52,154 nt of DNA from Candidatus Micrarchaeota archaeon (lineage in GTDB: Archaea; Micrarchaeota; Micrarchaeia; Micrarchaeales; CABMGC01), in assembly GCA_027315135.1 (NCBI GenBank), contig DAHUYR010000036.1, positions 1-52,154 on the forward strand. The letters run 5' to 3'. Below, in pieces: positions 35,708-46,353 of this stretch. Position 1 is the stretch's first letter. Every line of letters begins with the position of its first letter. The notes beneath the pieces were generated by a model. The model had not been told where the DNA came from, ran no database searches, and saw only the letters and a program-made list of their open reading frames with translations. A program made the position numbers and the translations under genes.

Positions 35708-37363
35708 ATGGCTGAAAATAAACTAGGCGGACAACAGTATCTTGTACTGCCTGAAGGAGCAAACAGGATTCTAGGAAGGGAAGCACAGAGAACAAACATA
35801 GCCGTAGGTTATGCTGTAGCAAGCATCATAAAGACAACTCTTGGCCCTAAGGGAATGGACAAGATGCTTGTGAGCGAACTTGGCGACATAGTGATCACAA
35901 ACGACGGAGCGACGATTCTGGAAGAGATGAATGTGGAACATCCTATAGCAAAAATACTTGTTGACGTAGCAAAGACGCAGGACAAAGAGGTTGGCGACGG
36001 AACGACTACAGCTGTAATAATAGCAGGGGATCTTCTCAGGAATGCAGGAAACCTGCTGGATCAGGGAGTTCCTCCGGCTGCAATAATAAGAGGCTACGGA
36101 ATGGCCTCGTCAAAGGCAAAAGAGATACTAGCTTCGATATCAAGCAATGTAACGATAAACGACCAGAAGCAGCTTGAGAAGATAGCGCAGATATCCATAG
36201 GCTCAAAGAACATAGGAGACGATCAGACAATGAAGCATCTAACAGACATAGCGATAAAGGCAGTGAAGCAGGTTGCTACAAAAGAAGGAGAAAAGGTAAA
36301 GATAGACAAGGACTTCATAAAGCTCGAGAAGAAAGAGGGCGGAAGCATAATAGACACAGAGCTGATAAACGGCGTTCTGATAGACAAAGAGATAGCTCAT
36401 CCTGGTATGCCAAAGAGCATTAAGAATGCAAACATAGCCATTCTCGACGTAGCTCTTGAGATAGAGAAGACCGAGACAGAGGCAAAGATAGAGATAACAT
36501 CGCCTGAGCAGATGCAAGCCTTCCTGGCACAGGAAGAGAAGATGCTCAAAGACATGGTGGACAAGATAGCAAAATCAAAAGCCAATGTCGTCTTCGTGCA
36601 GAAGGGCATAGACGATGTCGCACAGCACTATCTGTCAAAAGCAGGGATAATGGCAATAAGGCGTGTAAAGAAATCTGACATGGAGAAGATTTCAAAGGCA
36701 ACCGGCGCAAGGCTGGTAACAAGCCTTGACGACCTCTCAACAGAAGATCTCGGACACGCAGGAGATGTCGCCGAAAGAAAGATCAGCGGAGAGCAGATGG
36801 TCTTCGTAGAGAAGTGCAAGGATCCTAAGAGCGTAACAATATTCATAAGAGGCTCCACAAAGCAGACAGCTGACGAGGTGGAGAGATCTTTAGTGGACGT
36901 AATGGGCGCTATCACAAGTGCGATAGAGCTTGGCAAGTACGTGACCGGAGGAGGCAGCGCCGAGATAGAGATGGCAATGCAGCTCAGGGAGATGGCAACA
37001 GATGTCGGAGGCAGGGAGCAGCTTGCAATACAGGCGTTTGCCGATGCAACAGAGGTGATACCAAAGACCCTTGCGGACAGCGCAGGAATGGATCCTATAG
37101 ACACTCTGGTGCAGCTGAGGAGCAAGCACAAGGGCAAGTCAGGAAGAAGCTTCGGAGTAGACATATTCACTAACAAGATAAGCGACATGGAGCAGCTCGG
37201 CGTGATAGAACCTACAAAGGTAAAGTATCAGGCCATATCGAGCGCAACAGAGGCAACTGTCTCTATTCTGAGAATAGACGACATGATAAGCTCCAAGGGA
37301 TCAAGGCCTTCCGGAGGAGCGGGAGGCATGCCTCCTGGCGCAGGAGGCTTCGGTGAGGACTAA
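35708..37363 (+). CDS. ths: thermosome subunit (group II chaperonin)
   Basis: [21 protein letters not shown] and VGDGTTTAV motifs, with a Gly/Met-rich tail [16 protein letters not shown]. Confidence 0.95.
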   Translation: MAENKLGGQQYLVLPEGANRILGREAQRTNIAVGYAVASIIKTTLGPKGMDKMLVSELGDIVITNDGATILEEMNVEHPIAKILVDVAKTQDKEVGDGTTTAVIIAGDLLRNAGNLLDQGVPPAAIIRGYGMASSKAKEILASISSNVTINDQKQLEKIAQISIGSKNIGDDQTMKHLTDIAIKAVKQVATKEGEKVKIDKDFIKLEKKEGGSIIDTELINGVLIDKEIAHPGMPKSIKNANIAILDVALEIEKTETEAKIEITSPEQMQAFLAQEEKMLKDMVDKIAKSKANVVFVQKGIDDVAQHYLSKAGIMAIRRVKKSDMEKISKATGARLVTSLDDLSTEDLGHAGDVAERKISGEQMVFVEKCKDPKSVTIFIRGSTKQTADEVERSLVDVMGAITSAIELGKYVTGGGSAEIEMAMQLREMATDVGGREQLAIQAFADATEVIPKTLADSAGMDPIDTLVQLRSKHKGKSGRSFGVDIFTNKISDMEQLGVIEPTKVKYQAISSATEATVSILRIDDMISSKGSRPSGGAGGMPPGAGGFGED

Positions 37364-37383
37364 CCTCACCGGCGGTGCTTTCG

Positions 37384-37959
37384 ATGCCTAAAAAAATACT
37401 ACTTACAGGCACTCCAGGGGCAGGAAAGAGCACCATACTTGCGCTCTACAACAAGAAGAACAAGTCGGTCTCTATAACAAACCTAGGCACAGTGATGATG
37501 AAGGCAGCCAAGGAGGAGCATAAAAACATCAAGAGCAGGGATCGGCTAAGGTACATGAGCGACAGCGACATAATAGAGGTAAGGGAGAAAGCGCTCTCCA
37601 TGATAATGTCCGACAGGAAAAACTCAATAATAGACACGCACTCCTCGGTAAAGCAGGGCAGGCGATACGTCCCAGGATTCTCAATGAGGGAGCTTGGAAA
37701 GCTGGAAATCGATGCTATTATATATGTGGACGCATCATCAGATGATATAATAAGGAGAAGAATGTTGGACAGTTCAAGGAAAAGAGAGATTGAAGGGCCG
37801 CTGGAGATAGACGAGCAAAGGAGCATAAACCTTGCTATAATCTCGACAATAGCCCTGCATTTAAATATTCCAATATACATATTATACAATAGAGAAGGTA
37901 CGGCTAAGGAGGCTGCACAACAGGTAAAAGAGATAGCAAAAGAAGTATTCGGCGAATGA
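37384..37959 (+). CDS. adkA: adenylate kinase, archaeal type
   Basis: MPKKILLTGTPGAGKSTI P-loop. About 191 aa, with the conserved adk-DUF106-cmk neighbourhood. Confidence 0.85.
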   Translation: MPKKILLTGTPGAGKSTILALYNKKNKSVSITNLGTVMMKAAKEEHKNIKSRDRLRYMSDSDIIEVREKALSMIMSDRKNSIIDTHSSVKQGRRYVPGFSMRELGKLEIDAIIYVDASSDDIIRRRMLDSSRKREIEGPLEIDEQRSINLAIISTIALHLNIPIYILYNREGTAKEAAQQVKEIAKEVFGE

Positions 37960-38450
37960 ACATGGACATGATTCTATATTTGATGCTAATCGGAATCGTT
38001 TACGCACTGATTGCAATAGTCATACAGCGCAAGCTTACTAACCCTCTAAAGTCGATAGAGGTGCAGATTATAATGCAGGAACGCCTGAAGGAAATTAAGG
38101 ATCTTGCAGCTACCGACAAGGAACTGTATACGAAGAAGCAGCAAGAGGTATCAAAGATGATGATGGACAACATGAAGCAACAGTTCAAGCCATTAATAGT
38201 AACCTTCCCGATGTTCCTCGGAGTATTCTACTTGCTGCTACCATATTTATTCAGTGGTTTTCTTGCAACAACGCCTGAGTTAACTATACTATCAATGCCT
38301 CTGACCTATTCGCAGTTCTTCATAGCAATTATCTTTGTAATCGGTATGGTAGCGTCTTTGACTCTACAGAGCAGGGACAAGAAAAAGGTAATCAAGAGAA
38401 GGGCGCAAGAGACAAACCAAACCAATAATAATGTTAGCCAATCCCAATAA
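37956..38450 (+). CDS. DUF106/EMC3-Oxa1-like membrane protein (archaeal YidC-like insertase candidate)
   Basis: TM helix, then a charged coiled segment (MQERLKEIKDLAATDKELYTKKQQEVSKMMMDNMKQQFKP), then TM helices. It occupies the conserved position after adk. Confidence 0.65.
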   Translation: MNMDMILYLMLIGIVYALIAIVIQRKLTNPLKSIEVQIIMQERLKEIKDLAATDKELYTKKQQEVSKMMMDNMKQQFKPLIVTFPMFLGVFYLLLPYLFSGFLATTPELTILSMPLTYSQFFIAIIFVIGMVASLTLQSRDKKKVIKRRAQETNQTNNNVSQSQ

Positions 38451-38483
38451 GACTACAAATTATGAATACTTAGTAGTGATATT

Positions 38484-38810
38484 ATGCCAAAACCAATGCA
38501 CAGATCAAGAAGCTTCAGGCGCCTGGACAGGGTAACCCCTAAGAACAGGCACGTTATACACTATAAAAGGAAGGAAGGTTCTTTTCCTCATTGTGCAATA
38601 TGCAAGAATGAACTGAACGGCATACCTAGGGCAACCCAGGGCAAAAGCAAGAGCGCAAAGACAAACGCAAGGCTATTCGGAGGAGTGCTATGCTCAAAAT
38701 GCTCAAGCAACGTGATAAAGCTTGCAAGCAGGATTGAAAACGGAGAAATGAAGATCAACGACATAGGGATGCGAGAGAAGAACTACGTCCTGCAGATGAT
38801 CTCACATTAA
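38484..38810 (+). CDS. rpl34e: 50S ribosomal protein L34e
   Basis: MPKPMHRSRSFRRLDRVTPKNRHVIHYKRKE...CAICKNELNGI is the characteristic L34e N-terminus. Confidence 0.9.
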   Translation: MPKPMHRSRSFRRLDRVTPKNRHVIHYKRKEGSFPHCAICKNELNGIPRATQGKSKSAKTNARLFGGVLCSKCSSNVIKLASRIENGEMKINDIGMREKNYVLQMISH

Positions 38811-38829
38811 AGCGCGCCTATGCGATAAC

Positions 38830-39390
38830 ATGGATGCATTAATAATATCAGGGGAGCCTGCAGCAGGCAAGACCACTGTAGCAAGACTCCTGGCAGATAA
38901 ACTAAATCTTAAGATGCTGGGTGGCGGAGACATATTAAAGGAACTTGCCAAGGAGCACGGTTACAACCCGACTGGTGAGGAATGGTGGGACACGGCAGAC
39001 GGTATAGCTTTCCTAAAGAAGAGGGAGAAGGATCCTGAATTTGATATAAAGGCAGACAAGATAATTAAGGCAAAGATAGATTCTGGAAACATAATACTGA
39101 CGAGTTATACTGCTCCATGGATATCCAAGAAGGGCTTCAAGGTGTGGCTTCAGTGCAGCGCCTCAAAAAGGGCAGAAAGAATGGCAAAGCGCGACCACAC
39201 AACAATGGTAGAGAGCGAGAACGCAGTAATTGTAAGGGACAAGGAGAATTACATGCTTTATAAGGGATTATACCAGATAGAGTTCGGCAGGGATCTAAGC
39301 CCATTCAACATGATAATAGACACTGAGAACAAGAAACCCAATGACATAGCAGAAATGATAATGGCAGAGTTCAGGAAAGCAAACAAATAA
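38830..39390 (+). CDS. cmk: cytidylate kinase, archaeal type
   Basis: IISGEPAAGKTTVARLLADKLNL P-loop. 186 aa, between L34e and L14e. Confidence 0.85.
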   Translation: MDALIISGEPAAGKTTVARLLADKLNLKMLGGGDILKELAKEHGYNPTGEEWWDTADGIAFLKKREKDPEFDIKADKIIKAKIDSGNIILTSYTAPWISKKGFKVWLQCSASKRAERMAKRDHTTMVESENAVIVRDKENYMLYKGLYQIEFGRDLSPFNMIIDTENKKPNDIAEMIMAEFRKANK

Positions 39391-39439
39391 AAGAGTTTAC
39401 TGATATAGAAACTTGCTCATTTTGCTTAAAAGTGATTTT

Positions 39440-39718
39440 ATGGCACTAATCGAAGAAGGCAGGGTATGCATAAAGAAAAACGGAAGAGATGCCGGCAGCA
39501 AGGCCGCGATAACGAAGATAGTCGACAGCAAGTTCGTAATGGTAGTAACGGGAATAAGGCCAAAGGAGAGGAAGTGCAACGTTGCCCATCTGGAATTCCT
39601 TCCGGACAAGGTTGACATTAAAAACAGGTCTGCGCTTGCAAAGATCCTTGAGATAGAGGAGGCAACGTTTGACAAGAAGCCTACCCAAGAAAAGAAGGCA
39701 AAGTCCGAGAAGAAATAG
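39440..39718 (+). CDS. rpl14e: 50S ribosomal protein L14e
   Basis: ATG 39440 gives MALIEEGRVCIKKNGRDAGSKAAITKIVDSKFVMVTG (KOW-like) with a Lys-rich tail. Confidence 0.85.
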   Translation: MALIEEGRVCIKKNGRDAGSKAAITKIVDSKFVMVVTGIRPKERKCNVAHLEFLPDKVDIKNRSALAKILEIEEATFDKKPTQEKKAKSEKK

Positions 39719-39804
39719 CACCTCCTTGTACGTATTTGTAGCTGGTTCTACAAAAGGTATAAATTAAACGCAGTGCTATTCATACTACTAATCATGGGGA
39801 GAGT

Positions 39805-41310
39805 ATGGTAGAGGTAGTAACTGAGCTTGCAAAACGTCTTAACGGGATAGCCATAATCAGCTCCGATCTACAGGAAAGCGACCTTCAAGGCGCCGACTTA
39901 GAATCAATTACGGCATACATCACCAATTTTTTCAAGGATGAAAAGAGCCCAAAGATCCTCAATAGGGATATACTGGAACAGATAATGCAAACACGTATCC
40001 AGGAAGCGATAATACACGAGCCTGTGATACAGAAGCCCAGAGTCACGCCTCCGGCGCCATCGAATTTTTCCATAAGGAGCCTCGAAGTAAAGAAAACAGG
40101 GGCAAAGGCAGCAGACTTTGCAGAATACTTTAACAACAGGCTTGAACGGCTCAAAGCGATGATAATAGCAGGGAGGAACGTAAAGTTCGCCGAGGTAGTG
40201 AAGGACATAGATAGCATAAAGCAATACATGAACGGCAGGGAACTGGGAATAATAGGGATGGTGTACGACAAGATAACTACCAAGAACGGCCATATACTTG
40301 CGACAATAGAGGATGCAACTGGCACAGCAAAAATCCTATTCCTGAAACCATCCAAGGAGAGCTCAAAGGAGCAGATCCAACTGTTTTCAGAGGCTGACAA
40401 ACTACTTGTGGACGAAGTAGTAGGCGTGCGTGGGAGGATATCTGCCCCATTCATAATGGCAAACACGTTGATCAGGCCTGACATACCTATAAAGCAGAGG
40501 AAAAGAACTGAGGAAGATATGTCGATAGCATTCATGTCCGATGTGCATGCCGGGTCGAAGCTCTTCCTTGAAAAGCAGTTCAGGAACTTCCTCAAATGGA
40601 TAAACCTGTCTACCAGCTACAAGCAGGATATAGCAGAAAAGATAAAGTACATAGTTGTCGGAGGAGATCTTGTGGACGGCATAGGCGTCTATCCGAACCA
40701 GGAATCCGAGCTCACTATAGAGAGCATATACAGGCAGTACAACTTCCTCTTTGAACTCTTCTCCGAAATTCCGGAGAACATAGAGGTGTTCATGCTGCCT
40801 GGAAATCACGATGCGATGCAGAGAGCCGAGCCGCAGCCTCAGCTTGCCGAGGAGTTTCTGAAGGAGATGAAATTCAAGAACATACACATGATCTCAAATC
40901 CGGGATATGTTACGCTAGATGGCATAAAGGTACTCTCATACCATGGAACATCATTAGACTCTGTAATCCACGGGATAAAAGGATTGAGCTATTCCAAGCC
41001 TGAAGGAGCGATGCTAGAGGTGCTTAAGCGTAGGCATCTCTCCCCTGTCTATGGCCACAATCCAATAGTCCCTTCTTCAACAGATCAAATGATAATGGAT
41101 CAGGTGCCTGATATACTCCACATGGGCCACCTGCATAAGAACGGCAGCGCAGACTATCACGGCACGCTTATAGTAAACAGCGGAACCTGGCAGGCAAGGA
41201 CCTCTTACCAGATAAAATTAGGGCACATGCCCACTCCTGCCGTGCTCCCGGTATACAACACAAAAACGATGGAACTCTACAACGTGGATTTCAATTTAAT
41301 CAATGATTAA
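39805..41310 (+). CDS. polB: DNA polymerase II (PolD) small subunit DP1
   Basis: OB-fold region followed by calcineurin-like phosphoesterase motifs: FMSDVHAGS, VVGGDLVDG, LPGNHDA, HMGHLH. 501 aa. Confidence 0.92.
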   Translation: MVEVVTELAKRLNGIAIISSDLQESDLQGADLESITAYITNFFKDEKSPKILNRDILEQIMQTRIQEAIIHEPVIQKPRVTPPAPSNFSIRSLEVKKTGAKAADFAEYFNNRLERLKAMIIAGRNVKFAEVVKDIDSIKQYMNGRELGIIGMVYDKITTKNGHILATIEDATGTAKILFLKPSKESSKEQIQLFSEADKLLVDEVVGVRGRISAPFIMANTLIRPDIPIKQRKRTEEDMSIAFMSDVHAGSKLFLEKQFRNFLKWINLSTSYKQDIAEKIKYIVVGGDLVDGIGVYPNQESELTIESIYRQYNFLFELFSEIPENIEVFMLPGNHDAMQRAEPQPQLAEEFLKEMKFKNIHMISNPGYVTLDGIKVLSYHGTSLDSVIHGIKGLSYSKPEGAMLEVLKRRHLSPVYGHNPIVPSSTDQMIMDQVPDILHMGHLHKNGSADYHGTLIVNSGTWQARTSYQIKLGHMPTPAVLPVYNTKTMELYNVDFNLIND

Positions 41311-44300
41311 TATGGATATAGATTCTTACTTCAAGGTAATGCGGGACGAATTCAATGCTGCATACGATGTAGCGTCAGAGGCACGCTCCAAAGGATTCGA
41401 CCCCAAACCCTACGTGGAGATAAAGCCTGCACCTGACCTGGCCAGCAGGGTAGAGGGACTGATAAACACCGAAGGCCTCACAGAGATAATCCGCACTGTA
41501 GACAAAGGCCAGTCAAGAAACAAACTCGCTTTCGATGTTGCAAGGGAGATCTGCACAAACGACAGGTTCTCGAACTACGAAGAGATGAAGAGGATAGAGC
41601 TTGCGGTCAGAGTGGGAGTTGCGGTTCTTACCGAGGGCATACTGGTTGCCCCTACAGAGGGGATAAACAGCTTTGCAAAATACAAGAATAGGGACAACAC
41701 TGATTATTTGTGCATAGTATACGCGGGTCCTATAAGGGGAGCAGGAGGAACTGCAGCTGCGCTTTCCGTGGCCCTTGCAGACCAGTGCAGGCGGATCTTC
41801 AACATAAGCGACTACAAACCTACTGAGGATGAGATAGAGAGATATATGGAAGAGATAGAGCTCTACAACGACAGGATAGCAAGGCTTCAGTACAAGCCCC
41901 CGGAGCAGGACATAAGAGAGATACTCAGGAACTGCCCGGTGTGCATAGACGGCATGCCTCCAGGTGCGCTTGAGGTCGGTGTGCATGCAAACATGAAAAG
42001 AACCCTGTCAAGCGGAAAGGAGGTCATGATGACAAATAAGGTAAGGGGAGGAGTTCCGCTCGTAGTATGCGAAGGAATAGCGCAGAAGGCAAAGAAGACG
42101 CTCAAGGAAACAAAAGGGGTCGGTCTGGACTGGGACTGGCTTAACAACATAATCAAGGTAGATGTAAAGAAGACTGCAGAGATAAAGGATGCCAAGGCTG
42201 TATTTCTGGAAGAGATAGTTGCCGGGAGGCCTATTCTTGCGTATCCTGGAATGTCAGGAGGATTCAGACTAAGATACGGCAGATCAAGGTTCACCGGAAT
42301 AGCTGCAAAGGGAGTAAGTCCGGCAACAATGATAATAATGAAGAGCTTTATCGCTACAGGCACGCAGATGAAGGTTGAATTCCCTGGTAAGGGCTGCGTT
42401 GCTGCCCCTGTAGATTCGCTCGAGGGACCTTTTGTAACTCTTAAGGACGGGACAGCTTTGAGGATAAACGATTCGGAAACTGCAGAGAGGCTCAAGGACA
42501 AAGTAGTAGAGATAATAAACGTAGGGGATCTTCTCGTTACATATGGGGATTTCAAGAAATCGAATACGCAGCTCAAGCCGCCAAGCTACACCGAAGAGCT
42601 GTGGGAACTGGAACTTAGAGAAAAGGATCCTGCATCAGTTGTAGATCACAAGACACTGACATTTGAGCATGCCCGTTCTCTCTCAATACAGCATTCCATA
42701 CCTATACACCCAAAATTCCTATTTGAATTCCAGTCAGTATCAGTCAAGGAAATAGATGCTTTAAGGGAGTATATCAAAAGCAACAGCGTAGTAACAGAGG
42801 AATCCGACGTGAAGATAAAATCAGACAGCAAGATAAAAAGAACGCTTGAACTGCTAAACGTTCCGCATAAATTAGCTGAAGAGTACCTGTTGATAGACAC
42901 AGAGATGTGGTCAGCTCTTGCTGCTTCGATTGGGGTAAACAAAGAAATTGTCCCAACCGATGAGATTAATGTCTTAGATTATGTCAATTCAATAAGCGAG
43001 TTCAAAATTTCACAAAGATCAACTTATGTGGGTGCTAGGATAGGCAGGCCTGAAAAGGCAAAAGAGAGGCTTATGAAACCAGCGCCAAACATACTGTTCC
43101 CATTAGGCTCTTATGGTGGCAGAGACCGGAACATATCCAGCGCATATTCAAACGACATGAAGAAATTCAAGCACCAAATGTCGGTAGAGATAGCCAGATA
43201 CAAATGCAGCAGCTGCAAACGCATAATAGACGCTCCTTACTGCTATGACTGTTCAAGGCACGCATACGTAGAGAAGGTCTGCCCGATATGCTCTTCAATA
43301 GTGGACGATATCTGCCCCAAGTGCGAGGTGCATGGCGTAGGATACTATCAAAGGGAAATAGATCTGACAAAGCTTGTAACAAACGCAATGACAAAACTCG
43401 GAATAAGCAAGATGCCTAAGACAGTCAAGGGAGTAAAAGGCATGGTTAATGCAAACAGGTACACGGAACCTATGGAAAAGGGCATACTCCGCTCCTTCCA
43501 CAACATATACATATTCAAGGACGGCACATCCAGATTCGACGCAACAGACATGCCCATAACACACTTCTATCCGATAGAGCTGGGCATAAGCGTCGAAACT
43601 GCAAGGAAGCTGGGATATACAAAGGACTATCTTGGAAATGAACTCACGGAAGATACTCAGCTTGTCGAGATGATGCACCAGGATGTAATACTTAACCGCA
43701 GGGGAGCGGAATATCTCCTCAAGACATCGAGATTCGTTGATGAACTGCTTGAAAGATTCTACGGGATGAAGCCCTTCTACAATGCTTCTACGATAGGCGA
43801 TCTTGTCGGCAAGCTAGTGATAACACTATCTCCGCACACCTCATGCGGAGTAACAAACAGGATAATAGGATTTACTGATGCAAGCGTCGGATTTGCGCAT
43901 CCGTATGTCATCTGCGCAAGAAGGAGAAACTGCGACGGAGACGAAGACTCTACGATGCTGCTGCTTGACGCGCTTATCAACTTTTCAAGGGAGTACCATC
44001 CAAGCAGCACAGGAGGAACGATGGACATTCCTATCATCCTTACTGTAAATGTTAAACCCGAAGAGGTGGATGATGAGGTGCATGCCATGGAATGCGTGTC
44101 TGGCTATCCTCTTGAATTCTACAGGAAGGCATATGAGAGAGCCTCCCCTTCAGAAGCGAAGCTGGAACTCGTGGAAAACAGGTTAGGCTCAAAAGAGATA
44201 TACTCGAACATACTGTTCACGATGCACTCAACTCACACTGCAGTTGACGTATCTCCAAAGAGGTCCAGCTATACTCAGTTCAAGACTATGGCTGAGAAGC

Positions 44301-44701
44301 TAGATGCTGAATTCGACCTTATGGATATGATACATGCGGTGGACAAGAGAAACGCAGCGAGGAAGGTGATAACAGGGCATTTCATACCTGATCTTATAGG
44401 AAACCTTCACTCCTTCTCCAGGCAGACCTTCAGATGCTCCTCATGCAATTCCAAATACAGGCGCATACCTCTGGCAGGAAAGTGCACAAAGGACGGCGGC
44501 AAACTGCTTCTTACAGTATCGAAGGGAGGTATAGAAAAATACCTGCAGATTGCAATAGACCTTGCAAACAAATATGACCTTGACGATTACATCAAGCAGA
44601 GATTATATCTCACGAAGGAAGAGATAAACAGTATCTTTGCAGGCGAAGAACCGCCAAAAGAAGGAAACGAAGGACAGTTCAATCTACTTAGCTACGTATG
44701 A
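41303..44701 (+). CDS. polC: DNA polymerase II (PolD) large subunit DP2
   Basis: 1132 aa with Cys clusters (CSSCKRIIDAPYCYDC...CPICSS...CPKC and CSSCNSKYRRIPLAGKC). It overlaps the DP1 stop; the alternative ATG is 41312. No intein-sized insertion. Confidence 0.93.
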   Translation: MINMDIDSYFKVMRDEFNAAYDVASEARSKGFDPKPYVEIKPAPDLASRVEGLINTEGLTEIIRTVDKGQSRNKLAFDVAREICTNDRFSNYEEMKRIELAVRVGVAVLTEGILVAPTEGINSFAKYKNRDNTDYLCIVYAGPIRGAGGTAAALSVALADQCRRIFNISDYKPTEDEIERYMEEIELYNDRIARLQYKPPEQDIREILRNCPVCIDGMPPGALEVGVHANMKRTLSSGKEVMMTNKVRGGVPLVVCEGIAQKAKKTLKETKGVGLDWDWLNNIIKVDVKKTAEIKDAKAVFLEEIVAGRPILAYPGMSGGFRLRYGRSRFTGIAAKGVSPATMIIMKSFIATGTQMKVEFPGKGCVAAPVDSLEGPFVTLKDGTALRINDSETAERLKDKVVEIINVGDLLVTYGDFKKSNTQLKPPSYTEELWELELREKDPASVVDHKTLTFEHARSLSIQHSIPIHPKFLFEFQSVSVKEIDALREYIKSNSVVTEESDVKIKSDSKIKRTLELLNVPHKLAEEYLLIDTEMWSALAASIGVNKEIVPTDEINVLDYVNSISEFKISQRSTYVGARIGRPEKAKERLMKPAPNILFPLGSYGGRDRNISSAYSNDMKKFKHQMSVEIARYKCSSCKRIIDAPYCYDCSRHAYVEKVCPICSSIVDDICPKCEVHGVGYYQREIDLTKLVTNAMTKLGISKMPKTVKGVKGMVNANRYTEPMEKGILRSFHNIYIFKDGTSRFDATDMPITHFYPIELGISVETARKLGYTKDYLGNELTEDTQLVEMMHQDVILNRRGAEYLLKTSRFVDELLERFYGMKPFYNASTIGDLVGKLVITLSPHTSCGVTNRIIGFTDASVGFAHPYVICARRRNCDGDEDSTMLLLDALINFSREYHPSSTGGTMDIPIILTVNVKPEEVDDEVHAMECVSGYPLEFYRKAYERASPSEAKLELVENRLGSKEIYSNILFTMHSTHTAVDVSPKRSSYTQFKTMAEKLDAEFDLMDMIHAVDKRNAARKVITGHFIPDLIGNLHSFSRQTFRCSSCNSKYRRIPLAGKCTKDGGKLLLTVSKGGIEKYLQIAIDLANKYDLDDYIKQRLYLTKEEINSIFAGEEPPKEGNEGQFNLLSYV

Positions 44702-46017
44702 GCATTCGGTGAAACTGCCTTTATAGACTCTTCAAGAATATCAAGGCCATTTTCCAATACCTTCTTGTCAATCTCAAGCTGCGGTATTATTCTTATTGAG
44801 CACTCTCCTGCTGGCAGCAGTACAAGCCCCAATTCAAATGCACGCTTTATTATCGCATCCCTCTCGGTTATCCCAGGAGTCTTGCTCTTTTTATCCTTGA
44901 CTATCTCAATTCCTATCATCAGGCCTATTCCGCGAACATCTCCTACAATTTCATACCTGTCCATCATCGCATTTAGCCTTTTCATGACTATTCTTGATCG
45001 TTCATGTATTCCAGACTCTATTCTGTGCATGTTCTTTTTTACATAGGCAAGAAGCGCATCTGCACCTGCAACAACTGTTGCATTCCCGCCAAAAGTATTC
45101 GCATGTGCTCCTTGTTTCATATCTCCAAGAGAGCTTCTCGTAACCGTAACTCCCAAAGGCAGTCCTGCGCCAATGCTCTTTGCAAACGTATAAATGTCTG
45201 CCTTCACTCCGAAATTATCCATAGCTAGGAACTTTCCCGTACGCATATATCCTGCCTGCACCTCATCATCCACAAGGAGCATTCCGTTATCATCCGCAAT
45301 CTCCCTAAGGCCTTTTATGAACTCTTTAGGCGGGACTACGTAACCTCCCTCTCCCTGCACAGCTTCAACGAATATAGCTGCAGTCTCCCCTGGAGGAATT
45401 TCCTTGGCAAGCGGATATTTCTTTATGTAATCAACGCACGCCATGCCGCATGAAGGATATTCGAGTTTGAACGGGCATCTGTAGCAATATGCATAAGGTG
45501 CATGCACTACAGGACCAAATGGTCCAGCCCCTTCACGCTGCACAGTCTTTGATGCAGTCATTGAGAGAGAGCCATAAGTCCTCCCATGGAAAGCGCCGTA
45601 AAACGCTAACACATATGGTCGTTTCGTGAATATTCTTGCGAACTTAAGAGCTGCTTCGTTTGCTTCTGTGCCTGAATTGGAAAAGAATACCTTGCCAAAG
45701 CCGCTAGGGAACATTTTCAGCAGATTCTCCGCAAAATTTACCGGTCCTTCAGAATAATAATCAGTAAATGCATTATGCATCAGGAGATCCATCTGCTTCT
45801 TTATTGCAGTCCTGACCTCTGCCCTGGAATTATCGCCGAAATTATAGACAGAGATAAAGGTTGAGAAGTCTATGAACCTGTTTCCAGAGACATCGTATAT
45901 ATAGTCGCCGCTTGCCTTTTGCACCACCAAAGGGAAATCCTCCTTTGTGGTGGTAATCATAAATTTCCTGTCCCTTTCTATGGCGCGTCTTATCCTATTG
46001 TCAACCTTGAAACCCAT
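44692..46017 (-). CDS. class-III PLP-dependent aminotransferase (4-aminobutyrate/acetylornithine aminotransferase-like)
   Basis: NSGTEANEAALKFAR, LLVDDEVQAGYMRTGK and DIYTFAKSIGAGLPLG (Schiff-base Lys). 441 aa. Confidence 0.85.
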   Translation of the reverse strand: MGFKVDNRIRRAIERDRKFMITTTKEDFPLVVQKASGDYIYDVSGNRFIDFSTFISVYNFGDNSRAEVRTAIKKQMDLLMHNAFTDYYSEGPVNFAENLLKMFPSGFGKVFFSNSGTEANEAALKFARIFTKRPYVLAFYGAFHGRTYGSLSMTASKTVQREGAGPFGPVVHAPYAYCYRCPFKLEYPSCGMACVDYIKKYPLAKEIPPGETAAIFVEAVQGEGGYVVPPKEFIKGLREIADDNGMLLVDDEVQAGYMRTGKFLAMDNFGVKADIYTFAKSIGAGLPLGVTVTRSSLGDMKQGAHANTFGGNATVVAGADALLAYVKKNMHRIESGIHERSRIVMKRLNAMMDRYEIVGDVRGIGLMIGIEIVKDKKSKTPGITERDAIIKRAFELGLVLLPAGECSIRIIPQLEIDKKVLENGLDILEESIKAVSPNAHT

Positions 46018-46068
46018 ACTCTCGTTAATGATTAGGCAAAGAAGGATTATTAAATATCTGAAAAAGCA

Positions 46069-46338
46069 CTATCCCTTTATTCCTTCAAGCATGCTGAGTA
46101 TGTTCCATATTACGGTCCTTGCATACGGAGGCAGGTTTATATCGTTGCTTACCTCGTCTACCTTGTAGGTTGCAGTACCGGCTCTTACTGAATAAGCGTT
46201 ATTCTCCTGTGTAAGTGCAGCCTTTGCCTCATTCAGAGAGTTCTTCACATTCCTAGGAACGCTATTGTCACTAAGCAATGAGTCAATCTGCTGCTTGATC
46301 TGCTCAATCATCTCATCAAATTCCTTATTGTTTCCCAT
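46069..46338 (-). CDS. UPF0147 family protein
   Basis: 89 aa. DNSVPRNVKNSLNEA and NDINLPPYARTVIWNILSMLE match the two conserved repeats of the UPF0147 family as I recall them. Confidence 0.65.
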   Translation of the reverse strand: MGNNKEFDEMIEQIKQQIDSLLSDNSVPRNVKNSLNEAKAALTQENNAYSVRAGTATYKVDEVSNDINLPPYARTVIWNILSMLEGIKG

Positions 46339-46353
46339 TAAATCACTTTATAT

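Noticed and set aside
39885-40595. Long antisense ORFs inside well-supported genes (e.g. 39885-40595, 41887-42576, 36628-37188, 24531-25004, 25711-26133, 10685-11077, 6585-7082, 7254-7751, 46511-47017)
   Set aside because: All lie fully within, and opposite or out of frame to, genes with strong family signatures. Their translations are low-complexity Ser/Leu/Ile-rich shadows, as expected from purine-rich codon bias.
41303-44701. Possible intein in the PolD large subunit
   Set aside because: At 1132 aa the protein is normal for an intein-free DP2, and no Cys/Ser...His-Asn splice-junction block or homing-endonuclease-sized insertion is evident.
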